Of a stretch of DNA of 64,000 bases, positions 21,059 to 31,629 are shown piece by piece. A program made the position numbers and the translations under genes. Location: positions 631,569 through 695,568 of the forward strand of contig KV454018.1 of assembly GCA_001661245.1 (NCBI GenBank). Reading direction: 5' to 3'. Below the pieces are notes generated by a model. It had not been told where the DNA came from. It was given only the letters and a program-made list of their open reading frames with translations, and searched no databases. Source of the stretch: Pachysolen tannophilus NRRL Y-2460. Lineage: Eukaryota. The stretch's first letter is position 1; every line of letters begins with the position of its first letter.

Positions 21059-24000
21059 ATGCACGTATTGGTAAGTGAATTTTCTTATATGGATTAGAGT
21101 TATTTGTTATTTCTTTAGTAAGTTTTGTTTTTTTTACTAACTGGGTTAATTTTAAAGCTTACAAATGACGATGGACCTCCGAACGATTTGACTTCACCTT
21201 ATATCAAGTCATTTGTTGATGCTATATTGAAATATACGGATTGGCAATTATCGATAGTTGTTCCATCACAACAACGGTCATGGATTGGTAAAGCGCATTT
21301 TGCAGGGAAAGATTTGACTGCATCGTTTATTTATTCCAAGAAAAACCAACCTTTGGATAATTCATATTTAGGTCCATTTCCTTTAGAAAATAAACTTTTA
21401 CAGAAAGATGAAAATTTAACTGAATGGTGTCTTATTGATGGTACTCCTGCTTCATGTACAGATCTTGGAATTCATCATGTGTATAAGAATTCAAGACCTA
21501 AAGTTGATTTAGTTCTTAGTGGTCCTAATTTTGGAAGAAATTCAACGGCGGTTTATATAATGGCTAGCGGTACTATTGGTGCATCAATGGAAGCAGCGCT
21601 AGCGGGTACTAAGGCCATAGGTGTTTCATATGCATTTGAAAGTAAAGATATTGATCTTCCTGTATTAGAGAAGGCTTCTGAGCTTAGCATTGCCATAATC
21701 AAACATTTATATGCTAATTGGAATGAAGAAACTGATTTATATTCCATTAATGTTCCACTTATTCCTTCGATATTAGATTCAAATAAGACTAAAATCTTGT
21801 ATGCTCCAATTTTAGAAAATAGGTGGGGCTCAATCTTCACTTCTGTTGGTGATCTGTCAAAATCTGGATTTAAAGAAGATGCAGATTATGAGAAAATTAA
21901 AAATAATAATGAACAATCAAATGCAACTGATATTGTTGATGAATCTGTTTTGCAGAAAATCCAATTTAGATGGGATCCCGATTTTGATTCGGTTCATAAA
22001 GGAGTGGCTAGGAGCTCAGGTATAAATGATGGTAAAGTCATTCATGATGGTAACATAAGGTACGTTTTACTTAAATCTAATATTTTTTTGTTATATGTGG
22101 TATTGGAACATTTTACTAACATTTCTTTTTAAAAAAAAAATTTTTTTTTTTTTTTATTTATTTCTTTATTTCTCAGTGTGACTCCATTGAAAGCAATCTT
22201 TAAAGGTGTAGAGTCAGTTAGTGGCGAGCTCAAATTAGATGAGTAAGTAATTGTTTTTCCATTTTTTTTCTTCTTTTCCTTCTTTTTTTCTTTTTTTTTT
22301 TTTTTTTTTTTTGGTTTTNNNNNNNNNNNNNNNNNNNNNNNNNNNNNNNNNNNNNNNNNNNNNNNNNNNNNNNNNNNNNNNNNNNNNNNNNNNNNNNNNN
22401 NNNNNNNNNNNNNNNNNNNNNNNNNNNNNNNNNNNNNNNNNNNNNNNNNNNNNNNNNNNNNNNNNNNNNNNNNNNNNNNNNNNNNNNNNNNNNNNNNNNN
22501 NNNNNNNNNNNNNNNNNNNNNNNNNNNTTTCCTTCTTTTTTTTTTTTTTTTTTTTTTTTGGTTTTGGTTTTGGTTTTGACCTTTCCATATTTTTATCACC
22601 CCCAAACTTTTCCTCCCCTTTTTGATTTGACTATATTATCTATATTGTTGCTTTTTATATATCTGCGATATTACAAAATCTATTATTGGTTTTTTTTATT
22701 TTCTGAGAAAAAAAGAAGACAATTATTATAGGTTTTGGGATTAATGACGTTTTTATCTCTTTATAGATATCTTTGTTAGCAATTAAAAATGGATAATATA
22801 AGTTTGAATTATATCAATGAATTTAAAATTAGACAAAATTATTAACCAAAAATTTGAATTATATTTTTTTAAAGAATTTCTAGAAAGAAAGAAAATTCAG
22901 CAAATGCTATAGTTTTATCAATTCCAAAGACAAGTTATGTTTATCCAATTTTAATTGAGACAATTTCAAAAACAATCCCAGAGTTTGAAATTTATGAATC
23001 TTTGGATGAAATTAAAAACGAAAATTCTAAAATTTTTCATTATGGTGATTATGAAAATTTAGATTTTGACAAGATGATGATGAATGGTAAAAATTATCTT
23101 GCTTGTTCTTATATATATCGTAAAGCTTTAATTAGGAAACATTATTTGGCACATACTGTTCATTCATATTCTTTGAAAAATCCAACAAGTATATTACCAA
23201 AATCGTTCCCCAAAACATATCAGCTAGAATTAGATTATGCAGAATTCTTGGATGAGGCTTTGGATGATTGCTATGAGTTAAGAGATGATGTTTTAGAGAA
23301 CCCAGATAAGTTATGGATCTTAAAGCCTTCAATGAGTGACAAGGGACAGGGAATTAGAATTTTCAAAAATTTGGACCAATTACAAGAAATTTTCAATAGT
23401 TATGAAGATGAAGAAGATGATGATGAAGAGGAAGAAGAAGAAGAGGAAGAAATTAGAGATGACAACCATACTGCATTTGGGAACGGTGGTTCCTCAAATA
23501 ATGATGGAAATGGTATAATTACTTCGCAATTGCGTCATTTCGTTATTCAGGAATACATTGATAAACCTTTATTAATAACAAACTATGGGTATAGAAAATT
23601 TCATATAAGATCTTATGTTGTCTGCTCTGGATCTTTGAAAGTTTATTTATATAAAAAAATGTTAATGCTTTTTTCAAAAGATCAATACGAGTCGTCTAAC
23701 GAAGAGGACGAAATAATGTCATTAGTTGGTCATTTAACAAATACGTGTTTGCAAGATGAAATCAAGTCAGATAATGTTCCAGATTCTGAAAAAACAGTTG
23801 AAGAATTTTGGTCATCAAATTTACAACAAGTTGAAAAACAAAAAATATTTAAAAATATTTCTGAGATCTTGAGTGAAGTATTTCTTGCAGCTGTTTCTGT
23901 TGATAAGTTTAATTTCCAACCAATTCCAAATGCTTTTGAAATCTATGGTATTGATTTTTTAGTTGATGAGAACTTGAATTGTTATTTGTTAGAGGTAAAT

Positions 24001-24174
24001 TCATATCCAGATTTTAAACAGACTGGAGAGGATTTGAAGACAGTTATTTCTGGTTTGTTCGAAGGTGTTGTAGATAAATGTGTTGTTCCATTTTTGATGG
24101 GCAAACCTACTAAAGACGATAAAGATGGAAATATGATAAAAGTCTTGGATATAGATACTAGTGGTGCTTGGTAA
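21059..24174 (+). CDS. PBY1: SurE-like + tubulin-tyrosine-ligase fusion protein; exons 21059-21070, 21158-22059, 22177-22242, 22875(or 22884)-24174
   Basis: Splicing restores MHVL|LTNDDG and GNIS|VTPLKA SurE motifs; third intron (GTAAGT 22243, TATTAAC 22840, AAG 22874 or TAG 22883) joins in frame to the TTL domain (WILKPSMSDKGQGIRIF, RKFHIR, HLTNTCLQ, LLEVNSYPDF); intron 3 spans an N gap. Confidence 0.85.
22319..22527. other. Assembly gap
   Basis: Run of N flanked by homopolymer-rich sequence. Confidence 1.
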
Positions 24175-24250
24175 TAGTATTAAAAGAGAGGTATTATATA
24201 TATATATTTATATAAATAAATAAATTCAAACTAAACAAGTTTTTCCTATA

Positions 24251-25687
24251 TTATTTTTCATCATCGTAATTAGAATTGCTTCCTAGAACAGACATTACAC
24301 CAACGCTTGTATTACCTGCTGAGCCTGAAGACCCATTGTTATTCGCGCTGTTGTTATTGTTGTTGCTGTTGCTGTTTCCATTCAAAGTACCTTCATTGTC
24401 ATAATCTCCACTCATTTCTTTACACCATTTGTATAAATTTTGTTTAAATTTATCAACTTTAACACAACCGTTTCTAACTTTTGTTAAACATCTGATAAAT
24501 TCTTGATTTCTTTGAAGTGCTATCTGGGTCAACTGTCTTGTTTCTTCCAGGTCTTGAACATTTGTAATGCCGAAATTCACATCCTTGATAAATTCAGGTA
24601 GTTGGAAAAAAGGGTCTTTTATAGATTGATTTTCAATTGATGTTTGGGCTCTTGTTATTCTTCTTGGAAGTGAAGATGATTCTTCAGCATCTTCTTTTGT
24701 ATCATCATTATCTTCATCATCTTGTTCCTGTGCAGGATCTTGCAGCAGCTGTGACAGCAACGACAGTTGCTCACCGATAGATTCAGAACTATTTTTCCTG
24801 TTATTAGTATCATTATTAATTTCTGTATTCAAATCGTCAAAACTTAATTTATGATCATAATCTGGTAATTTCAAATTTTCAGGTAAGATATTATGATAAT
24901 CATCACCCAAGAAAACATCCATTAATTTAGATAGTTGAATAACGCTTTCTTGTTCTTTTTCAATAATTTCTACTGTATCATAAGCCAATTTTAAAAGATG
25001 GTTTCCCTGTTTCAGAGGATTAAAAATTTTAGAAATTGATTTCTTTGTTATCACGTCTGATGGCTGTTGAATCGGTGCCAAGATGCCTGTCAAGTCAATG
25101 GAGTGCAATGGGTTATCATCATCATCGTCTTCAATATCATCAAAATCAAAATCGTTGCGGTTTTTACTGCGGCTACCGCTACCGCTACCACTTCCACTGC
25201 CACTGCCGCCAACGTTTGCCCCGCCATCATCATGTTCATCGTTATTTTCAGCATTAACTTCAACACGCCTTGTCAGTCCATCATCTTCAGCCCTCTCATC
25301 CTTGTACTCTTCTTCATCTTCTAATTCAACTCTATTACCATCCAGATCATAGAAATTATACAATCTATATTTTTTATTTGACCTTTCTGTATCATCATTA
25401 TAATCTTTCAAAATTAACCTTCTCTTATTACGATAGTTCACTAAATCTATCTTTAAGCTGGAAGGATAATACTTCAAGTTCGATATACTTGAAATCCCAC
25501 TATCATCATTCTTAAATAATTTGTTACCTCTATTAGATAATGAATCTACTGAAGCATTATTTACTGAATTATTTATTTCAATATCGTTTACATATTCATC
25601 AAGAACTCTTTTCCTTGTTTTCTTGAGGTCATTTGTAATACGTTCTTTTACCTCAATTATATGATCTAAAGTCGTCTGATCCACCAT
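24251..25687 (-). CDS. RXT2: Rpd3L histone deacetylase complex subunit Rxt2
   Basis: ATG 25687; SNRGNKL, ILAPI..PSD, DPFFQLP, EETRQLTQIALQRNQEFIRCL. Confidence 0.8.
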   Translation of the reverse strand: MVDQTTLDHIIEVKERITNDLKKTRKRVLDEYVNDIEINNSVNNASVDSLSNRGNKLFKNDDSGISSISNLKYYPSSLKIDLVNYRNKRRLILKDYNDDTERSNKKYRLYNFYDLDGNRVELEDEEEYKDERAEDDGLTRRVEVNAENNDEHDDGGANVGGSGSGSGSGSGSRSKNRNDFDFDDIEDDDDDNPLHSIDLTGILAPIQQPSDVITKKSISKIFNPLKQGNHLLKLAYDTVEIIEKEQESVIQLSKLMDVFLGDDYHNILPENLKLPDYDHKLSFDDLNTEINNDTNNRKNSSESIGEQLSLLSQLLQDPAQEQDDEDNDDTKEDAEESSSLPRRITRAQTSIENQSIKDPFFQLPEFIKDVNFGITNVQDLEETRQLTQIALQRNQEFIRCLTKVRNGCVKVDKFKQNLYKWCKEMSGDYDNEGTLNGNSNSNNNNNSANNNGSSGSAGNTSVGVMSVLGSNSNYDDEK

Positions 25688-26180
25688 TTTGCAACCAACT
25701 ATTCTTCCAATAAACCCCAGATTCAAATATACCTGATATATATATTTGTTATATAAATATATATATATATATATATAGTATTAACTTGATGAATTTTTGA
25801 TATTAAGTAAAAGAAAGAGCTTGAGAAATGCTAAAGGAAAAAAAAAAAAAAAAGCCAAAAACGGAAATCTAATTTCCATTTTTGGATAATTATTAGTAAT
25901 TACCGTATTTGGAAGTTTACAGTTGACAGCCCCTGAAAAAAAGAAAAAAAAACACAAATTACCGTAAACGGAAAGTTGCTGAAAAAAATTACCCAAAACA
26001 GTAGTTAGACCAAGAATTTCCTATTTTTGCTAAGTTTTTCCTTTTTCATGCTAGACTTCCAAATAAGGTATTAAAAGAATTTGGTTATCCAAGAAAGGAA
26101 ATTACTTTAATAATTACCCAAAACGGTAATTTTAGACTTCCCGATTAGGGTTTACTATGTGTTTTCCCCCAAAAAATTTT

Positions 26181-26238
26181 CGCGTCTTTCGAATCACAAG
26201 TGTTTCTCTTTAGTTGAAGAATTCTTTTTAGTACGCGT
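26181..26238 (+). promoter_or_regulatory. MCB (MBF) elements upstream of PCNA
   Basis: ACGCGT at 26233-26238 and CGCGT at 26181-26185, ~120-180 bp before the ATG. Confidence 0.7.
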
Positions 26239-26359
26239 GTTTTCTTGTATTCTTTTGATATATTGATTATATCTTTGATCATATTTTAGAAAATATAAAA
26301 AAAGATTTGTTGGATAGATCGATTGGTTGATAAAAGTGGTAAAGAAAAGTAATAGGGAA

Positions 26360-27277
26360 ATGTTGGAAGGAAAATTTGAGGAATCATCTTTGATGAAAAA
26401 AGTGAGTTAGTTTTATTTAGGAAAAAAAAAAAAGGTTTTAGTTGATTGATGGATTAAGATTAATAATTAACTATACCTTTTTTTTTGAGTTGGTTAATTT
26501 TGTTTTAAATGATATAATACTGACAGTTTTATTTATTGTTAGGTTGTTGATGCTATAAAAGATTCAGTCAAGTTATGTAATTTCAATTGTACAGAGCATG
26601 GTGTAACTGTACAAGCTGTTGATGATTCAAGAGTTTTATTAATTTCATTGTTAATTGGAGAAGCTTCATTTGAAGAATATAGATGTGATAGAAATATCAC
26701 TTTAGGTATTGACTTGGAAAGTTTTAATAAGATTATCAAGAATGGTAATTCTTCTGATTTTTTAACTTTAATTGCAGAAGATTCACCTGATAATGTATTA
26801 ATTATTTTTGAAGATAAGAAAAAGGATAGAGTTTCTGAATATTCTTTAAAATTAATGGATTTAGATTCTGATTTTTTACAAATTGATGATATGGAATTTG
26901 ATGCTACAATAACTATGCCTTCTTCAGAATTTGCCAAAATTACAAGAGATTTGAAAACTTTAAGTGAATCTTTACAAATTATTGTAACTAAAGAGAATGT
27001 TAAATTTAGTTCGGATGGTGATTTTGGTACTGGTAACGTTGTATTAAAAGGTTTTGTAGATATGGATAAACCAGATGAAAGTATCAAGATTGATATGGCA
27101 AGACCGATTAATCTTACATTTGGAGCTAAATATATTGCTGATATCGTTAAAGGTACCTCTTTAAGTGAATCAGTTACTATAAAATTGGCAGATAAATCAC
27201 CAGCACTTTTTGAATATAAATTACCATCTGGTTTCTTGAGATTTTATTTAGCTCCAAAATTTGACGAAGAAGAGTAA
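26360..27277 (+). CDS. POL30: PCNA (spliced: 26360-26401, 26543-27277)
   Basis: MLEGKFEESSLMKK | intron GTGAGT...TACTGAC...TAG | VVDAIKD...QAVDDSRVLLISL...FYLAPKFDEEE. Confidence 0.97.
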
Positions 27278-27327
27278 ATTCTTTGTTTTTTTTTTACATT
27301 TTTTTTTCATTTTTTTTCTTCTTCTAC

Positions 27328-27364
<37 letters not shown>

Positions 27365-27387
27365 TATAAAATAACATTAATTTATTA

Positions 27388-28014
27388 TTAAATATAATCT
27401 TCTAATTGATTAGGATCTAATTGTTCTAAAAAAGTTGATCTAATACATGATTTTTCAGTAATTGGTAATATTAATCGATAAGCATCATGAGTATTTAAAT
27501 AATATCTAAATAATCTTTTAACTCTAATAAATCCAAAATTTTCATATAAACTTAAAGCAGTTTTATTAATAACTTCTGCTTCTAATATTATTTCATCTAC
27601 TTTATAAAATTTGATCATATTGTTGATATTCATTTCAATTAATCTTTTAGCAATACCATTTGATCTATAAGTTGGATTAATCGCCAACATACCAAGATAA
27701 CCTCTAATTCTTGTATTTCTATGAGGCTCCGATTTTGATATTATTACACCAATTATCTCGTTATTTGATTTCAATCTCGCAATATGACAAAGCTTAGGCC
27801 AATTATTCAAGAAAAACCTATAGACATATATTGAATATGGCTCTGATAAATGCTCATTAACTAACTTCATTATATGCAATAAATCATTGTTCACTTCTTC
27901 AATCCTCGATTTCGAACCTCCAGGTACAAATTCAAAAGTTGTATATATTATATCATTATCCTTATGAACCTTAATAACCCTGCCATTATGATCATCAACA
28001 TCATCACTACTCAT
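27388..28014 (-). CDS. MAK3: NatC N-terminal acetyltransferase catalytic subunit
   Basis: LSEPYSIYVYRFFLNNWP, RGYLGMLA, LYENFGFIR.KRLFRYYLN. Confidence 0.93.
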   Translation of the reverse strand: MSSDDVDDHNGRVIKVHKDNDIIYTTFEFVPGGSKSRIEEVNNDLLHIMKLVNEHLSEPYSIYVYRFFLNNWPKLCHIARLKSNNEIIGVIISKSEPHRNTRIRGYLGMLAINPTYRSNGIAKRLIEMNINNMIKFYKVDEIILEAEVINKTALSLYENFGFIRVKRLFRYYLNTHDAYRLILPITEKSCIRSTFLEQLDPNQLEDYI

Positions 28015-28242
28015 TTTAAATTATTAATTTATCCATATATATTGTTGTATTGATTATAAAAAGTATCAATTTTTTATATACAGTATTCATCAAACTATTA
28101 AAAAATTAAAATAAATAAAAGCCCTAATTTACTCTACAGTAACATAAATACGAATATGAATATGAATTTAAAATTTATTTAAAGAAAGAGGTATCACGTA
28201 TATAAGTAGTAGTAGTAGTAGCAGAATAATAATAATTGGAAC

Positions 28243-30312
28243 TCATTTGATACCAGCCAATCTATGATTGTTCAAATGAATATCAATATCAAGTTTGTCG
28301 GCATCATCTTCTACAGATCTTAATCTTCTCTTTTGAGAATCAACTTCATCACCAACTGTCAAAGCCAATCTTCTTAATCTTAAAGAAGCATCATTTATAG
28401 AGCTTAAGTTACGGCTAATTTCCAATTCCATTTCATCATCTTCTTTATCATTATCGTATTGATATCTTTTAGCTTCTTCTAATCTTTTCTTTGTATCATA
28501 TCTATCGAATAAAGTACTTTTTTCCTTTTCTTTACTTGATAATCCAGACATAACTCTTCTTTCTGTTTGATATTGTTGTGCTCTTAATCTTTCTTCAATT
28601 AATTTTTCTTCATCTTTTTGATTTTTAATTTTAACTTCTTTTTCATGTAAACGCCTTTTTGAATTAAATGGATTTGTAACATGAACTGCCATAAAATTTC
28701 TATTTAATTTTTTCAATTCTTTAACTTTATCATCAGCAATTTTATTTTGAGTCTTTGCTAATGTTAAATTTCTTTCAACGTTATATAAAGTTTCACCTTG
28801 CAGACCCAACATACCTAAAGTATTTTGTCCAGAAACTTCAGCTTCATTTGCCATTCTCATTGTATTTCTTGTAGATGCAACAGATTGTTGTTTTGTAAAT
28901 TTTATTTCTTGTTTTATTGCATCTACTTCTTGATCTTCTTGTTGAAGTTCCAATTCAGCTCTTCTTCTTTCTTCATCGAAAAAAGATTGAGTTTGACTAT
29001 AAGGAGTATCTATAGCAACTTGATGTTGATTTTCATCTTCATCTTGTTGCAGCTCGAATCCCAGTTGATTATATTGATGAAATTGGTCATTACCATTATA
29101 TTCTTCAGGTAATTCATTTAAATCTTCTTCTTCTTCAACTGGTAAATTATTTAAATCTTCCTGATTAACTTTTAATTTTCTAGGTTTTTGTAATTGTGAT
29201 GTTGAACTATACAATACACCTCCACCATTTATTGTTGTCAGATCTGAATTATCATGATCATGTTCACTTTCCACTATACTATAATTATCAGGAGATCTTA
29301 TTGTTAAATTATCTCTTGAATCATGATGTCCAAACAATTTATTCTTTGCATCATCTAATACTGACTCTGTATCATTCGATTCTATTTTACGTAATTGTGG
29401 AGGTGTTCCACCACTTATTGTATTTCTATTTGAATTCTTACTCATTAACGAAGAAGACCTATTTCTTGAAGCTGTACTAGACCATCTAGACAATTTCTTA
29501 TTATAAGGATTCAAAAAATTATTATTATTCATTGAATAATCATGAAGTGGACTACTCGTACTACGTCTAGATTGAATAGACGGAGCTATTGATGCTGAAG
29601 AAGACATAACGGGAGTATGTGGAGGAGTTGAATATGATGCCGTATTATTTGCATTGCTATGGTAAGACGGTAAATCTCTAACTGAGCCAGCATCATCAAA
29701 ATGATTACCATACCGGTTATTACTATTATTATTATTATTATAGCTTCCAGATGGCAGTGGACTCCCAATACGAGATGCATTTCTTGTACCACTAGTACTG
29801 TTATTACGGCCATAATCCATCAGCTCATGTTGCTGATGAAGCCCAAAGTCATCATTATCATCATTCATTAAACCACCATAAGGATTATTACCACTGTTGC
29901 CACCAAGGGCAGCATAAGGATTCTCCGCGGGCCGGCCACCGGCAAGAGCACCAGCACCAGCACCAGCACCAGCGGCAGAGGTACCGCTGCCGCCGAGGTT
30001 TTTGGTGCCGCCGCTTCCGTTACTCTCTGGACTTCCAACCCTATCGAATCTATTCCCACCATCTTCCTCATAATACTCTCCTTGAGAAACACCCCCGCCA
30101 TTCCCAACATCAAAATCGTTAACCGTTCTTGGCTTCAAATAATCTTTAGAATTACCCGACATATTCCTAGCATATTTATTAAAAGCATCGAATTTCAGTG
30201 CTCTCTTCCTATCGGACTTTACAGGAATTCCCAAAGTGTTCAAAGTCTCCTTATTAAATTCCTCCGAATCCTCTTCTGGAGGCTTAATCTTAAGCATCTT
30301 TCTAAAACCCAT
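28243..30312 (-). CDS. SEC9: Plasma-membrane Qbc SNARE
   Basis: IKQEIKFTKQQSVASTRNT, NTLGMLG, LKKLNRNFMAVHVTNPFNS, second SNARE motif ending NHRLAGIK. Confidence 0.92.
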   Translation of the reverse strand: MGFRKMLKIKPPEEDSEEFNKETLNTLGIPVKSDRKRALKFDAFNKYARNMSGNSKDYLKPRTVNDFDVGNGGGVSQGEYYEEDGGNRFDRVGSPESNGSGGTKNLGGSGTSAAGAGAGAGALAGGRPAENPYAALGGNSGNNPYGGLMNDDNDDFGLHQQHELMDYGRNNSTSGTRNASRIGSPLPSGSYNNNNNSNNRYGNHFDDAGSVRDLPSYHSNANNTASYSTPPHTPVMSSSASIAPSIQSRRSTSSPLHDYSMNNNNFLNPYNKKLSRWSSTASRNRSSSLMSKNSNRNTISGGTPPQLRKIESNDTESVLDDAKNKLFGHHDSRDNLTIRSPDNYSIVESEHDHDNSDLTTINGGGVLYSSTSQLQKPRKLKVNQEDLNNLPVEEEEDLNELPEEYNGNDQFHQYNQLGFELQQDEDENQHQVAIDTPYSQTQSFFDEERRRAELELQQEDQEVDAIKQEIKFTKQQSVASTRNTMRMANEAEVSGQNTLGMLGLQGETLYNVERNLTLAKTQNKIADDKVKELKKLNRNFMAVHVTNPFNSKRRLHEKEVKIKNQKDEEKLIEERLRAQQYQTERRVMSGLSSKEKEKSTLFDRYDTKKRLEEAKRYQYDNDKEDDEMELEISRNLSSINDASLRLRRLALTVGDEVDSQKRRLRSVEDDADKLDIDIHLNNHRLAGIK

Positions 30313-30468
30313 TTTCTAATTAAAATCTTGATAATTAAAAATAAATATATATTTATTTATATATATAAATTTATTATAGTATTATATATTTTAATTATTA
30401 AGTAAAGTAATATTCTATGTGGCTCTTTTAAGCTAAATGCAAAATAATTTATTAATTAAAGGTAGTGG

Positions 30469-30502
<34 letters not shown>

Positions 30503-30572
30503 TGCTTTTAATTATCCGCAAACGGCGAAATTGATACGACGCACACTAACAACAACCGAAACAAGAAAAAAT

Positions 30573-30609
<37 letters not shown>

Positions 30610-30642
30610 CCCCCCATTTTTTTTTTTTTAAAGGGGCAAAAA

Positions 30643-31027
30643 NNNNNNNNNNNNNNNNNNNNNNNNNNNNNNNNNNNNNNNNNNNNNNNNNNNNNNNNNN
30701 NNNNNNNNNNNNNNNNNNNNNNNNNNNNNNNNNNNNNNNNNNNNNNNNNNNNNNNNNNNNNNNNNNNNNNNNNNNNNNNNNNNNNNNNNNNNNNNNNNNN
30801 NNNNNNNNNNNNNNNNNNNNNNNNNNNNNNNNNNNNNNNNNNNNNNNNNNNNNNNNNNNNNNNNNNNNNNNNNNNNNNNNNNNNNNNNNNNNNNNNNNNN
30901 NNNNNNNNNNNNNNNNNNNNNNNNNNNNNNNNNNNNNNNNNNNNNNNNNNNNNNNNNNNNNNNNNNNNNNNNNNNNNNNNNNNNNNNNNNNNNNNNNNNN
31001 NNNNNNNNNNNNNNNNNNNNNNNNNNN
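30643..31027. other. Assembly gap
   Basis: Run of N. Confidence 1.
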
Positions 31028-31477
31028 TAGAAAAAAATCCGCCTCATATTTCTTTTTTTAAAGGGGCTAAAAGTTTTCTTATTATAAAAGGTAGTGTAAC
31101 TAACCAACCACTAACAAAATCGAGTAAAAACCCCATACCCAAAGTAGTTCACTAAAACACTAATTTCAAGCCAAAAGGGAAATTTTTTTTTTTTTTTCTC
31201 TTTTGTTTTGTTTTAGTTTTAGTTTTGTTTTAGTTTTTATTGAAGTCGTGTGCGCGCGTGCCAAAAAAAGGTTTTATTTCGCTTTAATTAATAGTGCGCT
31301 TTAACAATTTGTTTTACAATTGATATTTAAAGTGCAGCATCTTGAAAGGAAAATAAGCAGTGATTTCTCTATAGCGCTTAAATTATTATTATTATTAATA
31401 ATAATAATAATAATAACAAAGAAACAAAGAAACAAAGTAACAAAGTAACAAAGTAATAATACAATATATATTTTATA

Positions 31478-31519
<42 letters not shown>

Positions 31520-31629
31520 TTATTATTCTTACTATTGAAACGGTAAAGATCTTGTGTTTAAAGGATTTGTTTGTGTTGATGGATTGATAAGTTATTAGAT
31601 TGGCATATTATTATTATACATGAGATCAG

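Noticed and set aside
22129..22625. ORFs spanning the first N gap
   Set aside because: Artefacts of N runs and homopolymer flanks within PBY1 intron 3
30465..31107. ORFs spanning the second N gap
   Set aside because: Same artefact; flanks look like low-quality read ends
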